From: Chara braunii
Taxonomy: Eukaryota; Plantae; Charophyceae
Length of the DNA stretch: 52,855 bases
Assembly (NCBI GenBank): GCA_003427395.1
Contig: BFEA01000015.1
Location: 2,518,846 to 2,571,700, forward strand
Direction: 5' to 3'
The position numbers were made by a program, and so were the translations under genes. Positions 25,700-39,296 of this stretch are shown here, one piece after another (within the stretch, counting starts at the first letter, position 1; every line of letters begins with the position of its first letter). The notes under the pieces are model-generated. The model saw nothing but the letters and a program-made list of their open reading frames with translations, did not search any database and had not been told where the DNA came from.

Positions 25700-28600
25700 A
25701 AAAAATGATTTTTTAATGATGTTCCTAAGACCTTACATATTTTATTCTTATAATTTAGAAGATCAGTCATAAGATAACAAGATGATTGCATGAATTCGCC
25801 AAATAACTGAAATGAGATCCTTTGATATGAAAAGATGGTCTGCAGGGCCAACATCTCCTCACCAACCCGAGTTTCCCCAACCTTCATGCAGTAAACTTTG
25901 CGAAATGAAATGAAGAATTACAAGGAATTCAAAGTCTATTTCGTTTATGAATGTTGACTGCAGACAATTGTGGCTAGAGCATGCTAGGCTGAAGTGTACA
26001 AGAGGCAACAAGCGTGGCTCCTGAACATATGAAGGATCGATATGTTAAAGGTTTGTTTCCTGCTGTGAATCTTATAGCACGTCCTGGCCCAGGGAAAGAC
26101 ATTGTCTCCCACCATCTTACTTGGTCCTTCATTAGTATTCTCCTTGTATTTTGATTTCATAAGCTTAAGAGTTAAGGCAACACCAAATAGCTCTGGATGG
26201 ATGCTATAAGAGTTCAAAAGTTGATCGGGAAATAAAAAGTTTAATATATTTTCGATAGAAATGACAAGGCCAATTGCATTCTCTGATGCATCGATTTGAT
26301 TATGGTCGAAATTTCTCTTAAAGGCCAATATGTGTCATTCAATTCGGAGATGTTTGACAACCACAAAATCAAGTTTTTTTAATGCATGATGTCATTATAA
26401 TTTTTTTATCACATTGGTCCGTCTTTAGGGACTTGTGAAAATGAGAGCAAAAACTGATCGCACGTTGGAAGACCCTTGTTATAGCCACAAGTTTTTTTTC
26501 TATCGAAGCAAGTTTTTTGCTTGAGGCTTCCTCTTAGTTTACCTGCTTACTCAAAATTAGTTTGATTTTTTCAACCTTTTCTAAAGGAAATGAGACTCTT
26601 TCCAGGTGCAAATCGATTGTAAAACCTATAAATTTTACTTGTTGGTTGAGATGAGAAAAATAAGCATTTGCTCAGCCTGAGAAAAAAACCCAGCTTATGC
26701 ATAAAACAAGTGAAAATAAATGAATTTCATAATCCTTGTAAAAAAATCATCGAAATAAGCAAGGCGTCATTAATACATGAAAAGATGTTCATATTTGAAT
26801 TTCTCAAAACGAATATTATCTCTTGTGTGATGGTCGTGAACGTCCAACAAGCTGAAGAGATATCGAAGCATAGGGTTTTGAAATACTAATAGCAAATTAC
26901 TTATCATTCGAAAGACAAATATTTAGAGGATCCATCCTTCATACCCACATGGTAGTAACCATTTTTTAAATCATAAATGGTCAATAAATTCATCATCTGA
27001 TCGTCTGAATAAGCCATAGTGACATATGAAATTAACTCGTAACGAAAAGTCGAAAACTTAATAAATAAATTGACGAAATAAAAAACCATAATGAATCGCA
27101 ATTTTGTTGAACTCTCGATCACGAAAATCGGATTAACTACAATTAAATATTTGAAAACCTTGATCACTCCTTGACAAAAAAAAAACGCGAATTGTCTCTT
27201 CCAAAAAGACCATATGGTACAGAATATGATTATGAAGGGGTAAATGGATACGGGGAGGTTTCTTGAGGGACAATACTCGCCTAAAAGCGTTGCCCCCAAT
27301 AACTGGTTGCACCATTTTTCTAACCTCCATACTCTTATCCTTTGAGTTGTGCCCAATGCCTTTAAAGTTGAGGATGATTTCTTTTGTCATCCAATTTATG
27401 ACGCTTCAGGCATCTTTTTTTTTTTAGATTTCTTACATAAAAGTTCGACCCATTGTGACCGACATTTTGCCAAGTTGGCAACTACGAAGTTCTTCGGCCT
27501 TCGAAGTCATGCTGGAGGTCTAGATCAGTGGTCAAAAGTCATATAATTATCGGATTGGAAAGGAAAACGATTAAAGTAAGTCAATATTTCATTTATCGAC
27601 ATGACAAGCTCTATTGCTTAGACTTCTTCTGTCTTCTTTTACGACTGCTTGTTTCCTCCTCTTGCCGTCTTCCAATTCTTTCTTATTGGAATTTGTTTTT
27701 TTTTTTCCTTAAAAATCAATAAACGAAGGGTTAGTAAAAGGAACTCACCGGTTATTGTCTTCTGATGTACAAGCTTGGGAGAAAATGGGAGGGGAATAAA
27801 AGTGGTTTCAACACAAAATGATTTCTAATGACACCTTTCAAAAAAGGTCGGAGGTTGTTATAAGCGCTTCGGGTGTCCAGTATATCAATTTTCTCCTTCA
27901 AAATCTTACCGGAATTCTCCGCCACTTCATAACTTAAGTTGAGAATAGATGATGATGATTTTATGGTGTAGTTGCGACACTTATTCATTGGAACTCCCGT
28001 AATAGTCTCTTTGGTGCCAAGTTGAAGCATAAAGATAAAAAACTATTAGCAAGGAGATCTTATGTCATTTCCATAGCAAGCTTCTTACAGACTTTGGGCA
28101 TAGGTAGTCGCAAAATCTTACGGGGAAGCCTTGTGTTTGGAATAGTAGTTCTCGTGCTTCTTGTTTTTTTTATAAAATAGTTGGTTCAATTGAGATGGAT
28201 TTGCATCACCCGTTAGATGAAATTCAAGTGTCTGCTCCATGGTGGGGTTAAATAAATCCTTTTGAGAAATTTAGTGTCGTATGCTGCTGAGTCACATTTG
28301 CTCTTCAGATTATTAATAATGTGGTCAAACATATCCAAGACCACTTCGCAATAACCTTCTAAACTTGATGAATTGACCAACAATTCTTCATCAGTTGTGT
28401 TACTCATTGCACACCAACCTAGGTTAACATTTGGTGGGTTGCCCAAGTGCGGAGTTCTATCCAGTTGGGGCAAGTTTTGAAAATAAGCAAAAAATTTAAA
28501 GAATTGATTTGTTTGGTCACCAAATGATTGATTGAACTGTTTTTTTCCGATACTGCATCTAAACGTTTTCGTCTCGTTTGATTCAGCAGCATGGTACAAG

Positions 28601-28965
28601 GCCCCTTCCTTTGCCATCTGGTTTCTCCATCCCCTCGTCCTTTTCAAAGCGCCTTTTCTCTCTTCTCGCTCCAGATCAAATTTTTATTTCCTTCGCATGC
28701 TTGGCGTACAAGATAAATAATTGGGAGGTAATTTGAGGAGGTTTAAGAGAGTATTGATAAGTTTATGGGTATCCATCGTTGTTACTTGAGAAAAATATTC
28801 TTCCAAGTTGTTATTGTCAGGATCGATGCACTTCCCAACTTGAACTTTAAAATAGTCAGGTGTTGATTCCGTATCGAAAGTCGGTGACATAAGTCCGTTC
28901 ATGGCATTGTTGCCCTTTGCATTAGTTAAACTCTTCAACATGGAGTCCATCTCCAAAATTTGCAA
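25700..28965 (-). mobile_element. Highly decayed DIRS/Ngaro-like retrotransposon (gag-like region, RT and RNase H remnants)
   Basis: YDLKNGYYHVGM..SKYLSF (RT motif with DLKxxYxHV), upstream VVNPIFVI..KLRFI..FRYE, degenerate CIND at the YxDD position, and RNase H DASENAIG...ELFGV. No integrase or tyrosine recombinase recognised. Confidence 0.65.
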
Positions 28966-30534
28966 ATAAATTAAGATGTAAAATTTACAAATGAATTAAG
29001 CATAATTTTCACAAAACCTACTAAACTCACCTATGGAACAAAGTTTGCAAGTTGATTTTTTTTTTTAATTGCTCGTTACAAATGATTTATTTTGAAGAGT
29101 TTTGAAAATAATTGATTAGTTTGTTGCCGTACGTTTACCCCTTACCCTCTGCTTTTTTTTTTCATTTTTTCAATGATCCATTGAAGAAGATCCTTACTCA
29201 TCTAACGATAATCATAAGGTTATAATTTGGTTATGCAGTTTACTGTTGTTGAGGTACTTGCTTATCAATGAACGTCTTACCTGCTACCGCAATAAGTAGT
29301 AGCGACGAAGACAACAATAACTTATGTTTGTTAATGGCTAGAGTCTGAGAGTTGCAACATTTCATTTAATAAGTTATAATCTTATTTTGTAGTTGTTATT
29401 TTCATGATTACTTCTTTTCGCTTGATATTGCTTTATTGTTAAAGTTAGTATACCCTTTTGCCCGGATAAAACGTTCGGTCATTATCGTTGCATCTGATAT
29501 GAAAGTCGCCTCAGATACAACTATAATGATTGGGCGTTTTATTAAAGTGAAGATGGTAGTTGCTCTTGTCTCAATTAAAAAACTGCAGTAGCTTAAGTAG
29601 CGACTATGGTACCAGTTGCAACTACTCTTGATATTGCTGCGAATTCCCTTGTGAGGCGTAACCTTACTTGAGATCCATCTGCTCTCTTTTTCTCCTTACT
29701 TTTCACCTCTTTTCTTTTTTCCCCTCTCGACGGGAAAAATCTTGAGATGGTTGCGAAAATAAATTAAAGTGGATGACATCAAAGTTCCATTGGAATTAGT
29801 GGAGCGACCGATTGTGACGGTTGCGACACTTCCAACTGCAGTTATAATTGTTTTATTTAGAGAATTGAGAGTAATTGATTAAATATTCGTTAGCTGCCCT
29901 AAGCCTTTCATTCCTGCCTTCTTCCCTTATTTGTTGTCACCCCTTTCCATTTCCGAGAATTCAACCATATATGGTTTGTTGAAGAAGTTTCTTACTCTTT
30001 AATAGTAAGCATAGTAGGATTGTAATTAGTTCCTGTTGCTCGTGGTTACTCACTTAAGGCCTACTGATGCACTGTTACTTATGTCGACATCAACAATTAA
30101 TGACTCTGCATCAATAATGGCAGTGACAATACTAACTGAATAAGTCTGATAGCCTAAACCTTAATGTTTTAATCCTGAAGATCTCCATATTTCTTCCCCT
30201 CTCCTCGTTTGAAAGGGTTGAGAGTTAAGTGACTCATTGAAGAAGTTCCTTCTAATAGTGAACATAGGGTTGCAATAGGTTACTGATGCTATGGCTACTC
30301 ACTTGAGGCTTATTGCTGCGTCGTTACTAGTGTTCGTGCCAACTGTTACTGTCTCTGCGGCAACAATGGTAACGAAAGTTGAAGCTTTGCTGCTAGCTTA
30401 AGGGTATAAGAGTTGGAACCTGAGTCAATATGTATTTAAAATATCTCCCTCTTCTTCAAAAGATCAAGCATAGGTTCGTCATTTGGTTCTACATTTGTTG
30501 TTGCTACTGCTCCTACCGCCTGATTTGAGAACTG

Positions 30535-30581
<47 letters not shown>

Positions 30582-30889
30582 TCAAATAGAACTGCCCGGT
30601 AAACCGTAGGCAGAGAGGGGGAAGAGGACAACAAACGAGGGGCTGTGACAAACTGTTTCNNNNNNNNNNNNNNNNNNNNNNNNNNNNNNNNNNNNNNNNN
30701 NNNNNNNNNNNNNNNNNNNNNNNNNNNNNNNNNNNNNNNNNNNNNNNNNNNNNNNNNNNNNNNNNNNNNNNNNNNNNNNNNNNNNNNNNNNNNNNNNNNN
30801 NNNNNNNNGATAATCCACCTTAACCAAAATCAAAGTAGACTATCACTCATATATATGTATATACATATGTATATATATATATATATGTA

Positions 30890-31680
30890 CAGGGTTGCCA
30901 GCGTACGGGACGGGCCGAACACCCGAACCCGAACGCCCGAACGTTTGGGACCCCCTCTCGACGCGTTCGGACGTTCGGCGGAACGCGGAACAAAAAAAAT
31001 AAAAAAATAAAAAAATAAAAAAATAAAAAAATAAAATATTTCCAAAAATCCTGAAAAAAATAAAATGTCATGCAAAAGAATAAACTAAACAACATTTGCC
31101 TCAACAGTACATCAAAATTCCTTACCAAATTTGAAATAAAAATCAAATACGAAAAATAAATAATACTAATGAAAATAAGAAAAAATAAAACGAGAATGAA
31201 ATTATTGCGTGGGCGAGTAAGTTTTTGACACTGCCATCTTTGGCGATTTTTCATTTTTTTTTTGATCAGTCAAATGCCATGAAATCTTATATATATGTAT
31301 CTTACATAATAGAGAACCCACAAATAAAGTTTGAAAAAATAATAATTTTTTTCAGGCCCCAAAATAAAGGGAAAATAGAAAGTGAAAAGAAAAAAAAAAC
31401 AAATTAGTAAGTGGGAAAGCAAGCTTTGACACCACCATCTTTGCCGATTTTTCATTATTGTTTGGCTCCACAGAATGACTTCAAAATTAAGAGACAGATA
31501 GCTTACATAACAGAGAACTCGCAAAAAAAACATCAGAAAAAAAAAAAAAAAATTTAGGTACCAAAATATTTTTTTGCGGGGTCCGAACCCCTTCGAGTTC
31601 GGGTGCCGTACAGGGACCCGAACGCCCGAACGTTCGGGGGTCAGCTTAGGGGTCTCCGTACGTTCGGCCTGGCAACCCTG
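30890..31680. mobile_element. hAT MITE (791 bp) inserted in a (TA)n tract
   Basis: Perfect 12-bp TIR CAGGGTTGCCAG / CTGGCAACCCTG, exact 8-bp TSD TATATGTA, and CCGAAC/GTTCGG subterminal repeats. Confidence 0.9.
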
Positions 31681-31782
31681 TATATGTATATACATATATA
31701 TCGTATATATATATATACATATATATATCGTCAAATAGAACTGCCCGGTAAACCGTAGGCAGAGATATATATATATATGTGA

Positions 31783-31823
<41 letters not shown>

Positions 31824-32881
31824 CAGGGTAATCAGCCCGTACGTACGGAGGTCCTCGGGCCGACCTCCGTACGTACGGGCGGTCGGGGTCCCGTACGGGG
31901 TCCGAACACGACAGAGTTCGACCCCCGCCAAAAATTATTTCGGGGCCTAAAAATAAGTTTTTTTTGCTGATTTTTTTTTGTGAGTTCTCTATGATACGAG
32001 GTACATGCCTATAAATTTTGAAGTCATTTGGCTAAGCCAAACAAAAATTAAAATCACTAAAGACGGAAGTGTCAAAATGTGCTCGCCCACTTATTATTTT
32101 GTTTATTTTTACTTTTTACTTTTTGTTTTCACTTGATTGCAAAGCTTAAATATTTTTATTATTTTTTTATGCGTTTTGTATTATGTGAAGTATCTGCTAA
32201 AAAAAAAAAAAAAATCGCAAAAGATGGCGCTGTAAAAAATATCCTCGCTCCGTCACTTATTTTATTTATCTTTTTATGTTCTGTTATTTTTATTATTAGG
32301 TTCTATTTTTTGTATTTTATTTTTATTTCAAAATTGGTAAGGAATTTGAATGTAATGCTCAGACAAATGTTGTTTATTTTATTTTTCTCCATAACATATA
32401 TATTTTTTTCTTTTGTCCACGTTCGACCCGAACGGTCGAACGTATAGCTAAATGCCTTGAAAATTTACAGATATGAAGTTCACATCATGCAAAAGATACT
32501 AAAAAAAATTCAAAAAATAATAAAATTGTTTAGACCTCGAACTAAAGTGAAAACAAAAAGTAAAAAATGAAAAAAAACGTGGACGAGCTCGTTTTGACAA
32601 CACTATCTTTGACGATTTTTAATTCCTATTTGACTGAGCCAAATGACTTGAAAATTTATAGGCATATACCTCACGTCATAGAGAACTCACAAAAACAAAG
32701 TCAGAAAAATAACATTATGTTTCGCCCCTGAAATAATTTTTGGCGGGGGCCGAACGCCGCGGGGTTCGGACCTCGTACGGGACCCCGAACGCCGCCGGGT
32801 TGGATCCCGTACGGGGCCCCCAACGCTCGTACGTACGGAGGTCGCCCCGGGGACCCCCGTACATACGAGCTGGTGACCCTG
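31824..32881. mobile_element. Related hAT MITE (1058 bp) in the same (TA)n tract
   Basis: TIR CAGGGTAATCAGC / GCTGGTGACCCTG (2 mismatches) and GTACGG/CCGAAC subterminal motifs. Shares internal TTTGACAC..CATCTTT blocks with the previous element. TSD is degenerate (TATACAGA / TATATATA). Confidence 0.8.
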
Positions 32882-33699
32882 TATATATATATAAATAAAA
32901 ATATATTTTGTTTTTAAAAATATTGCTATTATGCGACCAGTGTGCGTGTTGTTTCCCTCCTTCTCCCCCTCTGCTCCCAATTTTTTATTTATTTTTTTGC
33001 GAAGTTTGCTCTGACCTGATTGTTGTAGGCATGAAATAGTTAGGAATTCAAGAAGATGGATTGTTGTGACAATGGTCTGAGTGGTCCTCGTAGGCGGCAA
33101 TTGCGAGTTTCGAGTCTCATGCTACAACCAAGACTTCGTATGCTTTAGCCTTAATTTTTATTTTATTTTATTTTTTACTCCTTCCTGGAATTAGTCTCTT
33201 TTGCCTCCCCCCCCCCTCCCCCCTCTTTTTTTTTTTAGGTGTTTTGTTCAAATGAAAATGTCGTTTTATTCATGATTCCTTTGACCGAGTATTTTGATCT
33301 CCCTCATTTTGCCAAAATGTTTTTCATTTTCTTTCTCCTTGAGTTTTCAACTCTTTTTTTTTTTCCCCCTCCTATCCTCCTATGTCTCATTTTTGCATTT
33401 ATTATTCGACATGATTCTTGATTCCTCATTCCTTCTTGATTTTCTCGTTTTTTACTCAATGCGTATTTCTATCCTTCTTGCCACCTATTATTCTTGCGAC
33501 GACCTTGACCGATAGTTTTGCAGTATCGGGTACGTTTTTCTTCCACCTACCTTTCGTGGTTGAATTGTTGCTCCATTTTTTTTCTTATTCTCCTTTTTTT
33601 TTTTTTTTTTTTTTTAAGACCTCTTTCACATTGTTCATTCCATGACCATTGATTTTCTTGTCCCCTTCCCTACTTTTTATTCTTAGTTCTATCTTTTTT

Positions 33700-36600
33700 T
33701 TTTTTTTAATCTTATTTAACAAATAAATTCCTCTTACACAAACCATTAAATTCATCGGTAAGTTGAAAGTTCTTAAGTGATTTGTACTTTAACTTTAAGT
33801 AACAATAACTGAAGGCGAAATTATTTTTCCCCTATTCACTGTTGTTTCCTTTCCTCTTCACCTCATAATGTGATAGTCATTCAAGTAGCCAACATCTTGT
33901 CCTTCTTTATTAAATTTTCCTCTGGACGAACCGATCGGGATATGATGAAAAATAACGAACTTCATAAATCTAGCACCCCTAGTGTTGAAAAATGAACTCG
34001 AGCACAACCCTAAGTCCCATCTCGAATTCTTCAAACCTTCTTCATTGATTTTCTAACACAATTAAAATAGCAAAGTAATCAGGGGTCAATAGTGCTTACA
34101 AACTCTATTGATGATTAGTGTTTTCCCTTGTTGAGAATTGTGATCATTTATAGTCATATTGCTATTCGCATAATACAATTCAACGTCCGAAGGAAAGGGG
34201 ATCCAAATGCAAATTTTTAGAAATAAATGGTTCCTCAGATTGTAAGGGGGAATTTTATGAGATGCAATAAGAGGTGAAAGTTGGTGCTTAACTAATGCAC
34301 AAGTTAGTTTTTCCAAAGTTAAATACCTCCTCCCCACATCACATATTTTACTTGAATAACATTTAATCAAATGTTTAGCAATATGAGGAATGCAAATAGC
34401 ATCCAGACTCGACGACCTTTATTGTTCCTTAATCTCACAACAACGATAAATTAACAAATTTTTAAGGAAGTTTCACTTGTTTTTTAGATGATCCTTGTCT
34501 CATCTCTCTCTCAATTATCCTCCTTCTTTCCTCTCCCCCCCCCCCGTGAAAAAAAAAAACAATGCAATAAAGCATCGATTTTCGAAGTACAGTGCCGATA
34601 GAGCTTCGATCTGACATCAATTCAAAAGTCAATACAGAGATGCTGAAATATAAACGTCTGACGTTTTTATTACTCTTTAGTATTTTTTAATCTTACTTGC
34701 ATTCTAGCACAACTATATAAGTTCGAGTAGAGAATAAGAATTACTTAGTGTTAATAGCGATGGTCAAATCGTGCTTTGAATAGCGTTTGTTTATTCCTAC
34801 GATACGTACGGTTGTCGTTTGTACTTGGTAAATTTGAAAAGTTATATTAAAAAACATGGAAGATCCGACCTAAGTGAAAAACTCGCTCAAGGTTTGATAA
34901 TTTAGGAGTGCAAGCTATCGATTTGTACTTCCAATGATAATACTTGTTCGACCGCCTCTCCTACTACCTTTGACCTTTCACCCTTCTTTACGGCAAGGTC
35001 CAATTTATCGATGACCGATATTTCGAAGGACTGCAGAGAGTGATAGTGATGCTTTCCGACAAATGTGTTTCGAGAACCTTCTTTAGTGAAAGCTGCAAGC
35101 GTTTGTAAGGGGGAATTTTATGAGATGCAATAGGATACGAAAGTTGGTGCTTAATTAATGCACCAGTCAATTTTTCGAAAGCTAAATACCTCCTCTCCAC
35201 ATCACTGATTTTACCTAAATAACATTTAATCAAATGTTTAGTAATATGAGGAATGCAAATAGCATACAGAATCGACGACCTTTATTGTTCCTTAATCCCA
35301 CAAGAACGATGAATTAATGAATTTTTAAGGAAGTTTCATTTGTTTTTTAGATGATTCTTGCCCCATCTCTCTCTCTATCCTCCTCCTTCTTCTTTCTGCC
35401 CCCCCCCCCTTTGAAAAAAAAAAACCAATGCAATAAAGCATCGATTTTCAAAGTACAGCACCTATAGGGCTTCGATCTAGCATCAATTCAAAAGTTAATA
35501 TAGAGATGCTGAAATATGAGCGTTTGACTTTTTGATTACTCTTTAGTATTTTTTAATCTTACTTGCATTCTAGAACAACTATCTAAGTTCGAGTAAAAAA
35601 TAAGAATTACTTAGTGTTAATAGAGATGACCAAATCGCGCTTTGAATAACGTTTGTTTCCTCCTACGATACGTACGTTGTCCTCTGTACTTGGTAAATTT
35701 GAAAAGCTTTATTCGAAAATATGGAAGATCCGACCTAAGTGAAGAACTCGCTTAAGGTTTGATAATTTAGGAGTGCAAGCTATTGATTTGTACTTCCAAT
35801 GATAATACCTGTTCGACTGCCTCTCCTACTACCTCTGACCTTTCACCCTCTTTACGACAATGTCCAATTCATCGATGACCGATATTTCGAAGGACTGCAG
35901 AGAGTGATAGTGATGCTTTCCGGCAAATGTGTCTCGAGAACCTCCTTTAGTGAAAGCTGCAAGCGTTTCAAATGATGTCTCTTGAGTCCTCATTGGTGCC
36001 GCAAATGCAAAATGCGGGAGGATGGGTTGACATTCTTTGTTGTTTCGTCCTTCTATTTTCTTCGCCATTTTTCGAGTTATTCGTCAAAGTTCATTCCCAT
36101 AGTCAAGGAGGTTCATGACGCCCTTACGAGATCTACTCACTCACTTGCCCTTTAGGTCAATTCATTAAATTCTGGTGAAAACAAAGGGGTATTAGCTCTT
36201 ATATCATCGACAAGTCATGCATTGCTTTTCCCATTTTGACAGGGAATAAGACTGTTCCGCAGGATCTTCCCAAGTGAAGTCTGACGTCGCCTTCAAAACT
36301 TGCTAAGATTATACGGAATTTGAGAGAGAAATATGAAATGAACTTAGAAATGAAAGATTCGAATACGAGGAAAAAATTGTGATTGACTTGTTGGTTTTCC
36401 TTGAAGAGGATAACGCGTACTGGTTCGGGATTTAATATTCTAACAACCTTCTTATCTTCTATTTGCCCTCGACTTCTTCTCCGTCCCTCCTGCCTTAATT
36501 TTGAACCGATCATAGTTGGATTGAAGGCAACGGTATTAGCGCATTCTCGCTTACGTATCCTTCATGTTAGTTACTCCTGTTCCGATGAGAGTTTGCAAGC

Positions 36601-37900
36601 AGTCTTGATTGAATTTCACACGTCATGCGAGAAAAGACTATCAATTGCAACGCTTCAATCTCGCTTTCCTTCCCAGTCTTTTGTCCAAGCAATCAAGAGA
36701 GTCCCCTTCTCTAACCATGAGCTATATGGTCTCGTTGTCAACCAACTTCAAATGCCTTTCTTACCTCTAAGTTTTTTCTTTGCCCGATCCCCTCATCGTC
36801 TTTCTCATCCTTCTTCCACTCTCTCCCTCTCCCTCCCTCTTTTTTTTTTTAATAATTTCATTGCAGACTCAGAAGAATCTTCGAATCAAGACGAAAATAA
36901 CATTAGAGTCGGATATCTCATCCTCAAACCAGAGTTTGCTTGGACGAAGATGACTTTCAAAACTTGAATATGTGACTTCTTACGTGTCCGGAGTTTACAC
37001 AAAGAATTTTTTTTCCGGATCTTCCATATCTGACCCCTCGTCATCAGCGCAATTGCTTACCATATCTTTCAGGGATAAACGAAGCAGTCCTTGGTTCTCA
37101 TCCTGGCCTAGCGTTATTCCAATCTCATCTACCAACAGTTTTCAGCTCTTACCCCCCCCCTTACGGAAGACAGAATGAAATTATTTTTTTTTACACTTAC
37201 AACCCAAGGAGGTAATCCAGATTTCGTCCTCGAATCTAAATAGAGTTTCTAGTCCTAGCGATCTTCTCTTACCCACTTCATCTCCTTCCAGAAAGCTCTT
37301 TACCCATTATTTCAACCTTTCCACGTTCCTTCTTCCTCGACAACAAAGCAATCCATTGACCTTGCGAATGAACGAGTCTTCCTTTGGTAGTCGGCCAACC
37401 AAACCCATGGTTAAACCCAGACTGATAAAAACACACCTTACACTTTCAAAAAGGCTCTGAGCTCCTATTGCACACATTTACCTAGCCCTAGTGAAATCAC
37501 TATCACCGAGCTCATCAAGGCTCCTATTACAAGATTCAACTCTTATCGACGCCAAGAGGATTTCCCCCAAAATCCAATGACCCAAAACTTTCATCCAAAC
37601 CGAGCAATGAGCCTATTCTTCTTAATTTGCAAAAGCTATGGCGGTTCACAGATTTCCTTAGCACCTATACTGAAAGTGTAATCAATCATGTTTATCTCCC
37701 CGGAACTAACTCGACATTTCTCCACCCTCAAATCCGTAAAGAGCGCACTCCTTCCCAAAACCGATAAAGTACCCTTGCATTCAATGACTCACTAGTACAT
37801 GTGTTGAACTAAAATCTCTCCTCTGTTCCCCCTTATGAATCTGGGAGTATGTCATCTGATGCCAACTGTTCGTCTGGAGAGAGATTCCTCTCCTATAGCT
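33700..37900 (-). mobile_element. Possible old L1-like remnant (ORF1 region to the start of the endonuclease)
   Basis: Minus-strand FNTRG followed by DVGYLNDYH near 33870-33990 resembles the WNVRG / DIxxLQETH endonuclease start. Purine-rich decayed coding-like sequence lies upstream. Weak. Confidence 0.35.
34240..35968. repeat. Tandem duplication of an ~864-bp unit (34240-35104 and 35103-35968)
   Basis: Both units start TTGTAAGGGGGAATTTTATGAGATGCAATA and end GAAAGCTGCAAGCGTTT; they are colinear with scattered substitutions. Confidence 0.95.
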
Positions 37901-37948
37901 TAGTCGTGGTACTGTCTGCCGCTATCCTCTCATTTTTGCCAATGATTG

Positions 37949-39290
37949 TTTTTTTTTTTTTTTTTTTTTTTTGGAGAGCCATATAAACTTTTATTACAAA
38001 AAAGCATAGGAACTTTTGTTATTAAAAAAAAAAACTCATAGGAATAAGGGTCTGTTAGACCAATACCCCACTTAGGCTATTGGACACTGGGTCCAGTGTC
38101 CCATGGAAACGAAAGAATGTTTCCCAAAATTAAAAAGAGGTTATATCTAAACACAAACAATATTAGACATTCTCAGTCATCGATAACCTTACTCTCTTCT
38201 AATTAAAATAAATTATGTGGAGAAAGCTAAAGCGCTTCTATGTCTCAAAGAGAATAACAACCACGAACAAAATTGCAACCTACCAACATATTGTATAATT
38301 TAACTGAAGTGGAGTCCCTCCCCCAATTATCATAAAACCAAGTTCTAAACTTCTGCGTGTTTGGAACCTTACGTCTAAGGTAACCACTTTTGATTACCAA
38401 TCTGATCTGCCTAGCTACCAAGCATTAACTTTTCATATCTGGTGTCATTGCAGATCTGAACAACTAATTATTTCGATTATCCCAAATTAGTTTTATCGGA
38501 ATAATTCTCGTATTTTTTGCCACGTAAAACCAATCATTTTCATCCTTACAATTTGCTTTGTGCAGACAAGAGAGAATTCAATTGTTTATCCACTAAAATT
38601 TTCCTATAGTGAATATGTTCCAATGTTTGATCCACCAATCTCATATTATTTTCGAGGTCGGATATGAAAGTCACATGTGTCTATTGTTCTCTCATGACTA
38701 TCCGCATCGCGCACACATCATGAGGATTTTCATCCTTTTAGTCGCCACGCTGGTAGTTGGAAAAGTCACCAAGTGATACTAGTCAATTTTTGGGAAGACA
38801 TCTCTTTGAATTCCTTTCACAGGGAAGTAAGTTGCACATTTAATATCATCAACATGTCTGCATGCAACCTTCTTTTGACCATCGAAGCCACTGGGGTCGT
38901 GAAAACCTTTGACCTAAGGATAACCACTCTCGTATTTACTGTATACTAAGCAAAATCGATTATTCTAAGATTGTATTCATAAACCAACCAATCGTTCTAA
39001 TATATACAACGACATGAGACGGTGGTATTAAATCCATAGGGGTCAGACTACCACTTTGCCCCCATGACACTCCTTTCCTTATTTAGATGAGATTCCACAA
39101 CCACTTCTTGTAGGTATTCCAAATATATAAAATGACTAGCAGCTACTGTACGGGAGAGCTCCTTTGAAAACTTGAAGGCCTTATAAATATGTTATCCATT
39201 TGCTACCTAGTCGCTATCCGTAGTCTGATAGATGATAAAAGGCGGGTCAGTTGCATGTTACATCCACAGATCAGAGAAGGAAGTATAATA
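37949..39290 (-). mobile_element. 5'-truncated L1 3' end
   Basis: 24-nt poly(A) on the minus strand with AATAAAA just upstream. Decayed zf-RVT CARCG..E...H...PTSKII*DWW at ~38625-38720. Confidence 0.65.
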
Positions 39291-39296
39291 TTTTCC

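Noticed and set aside
33021-33130. tRNA-like segment with paired ends (GTTGTAG/CTACAAC) ending in CCA
   Set aside because: No coherent cloverleaf or clear A-box; at most a very decayed SINE head.
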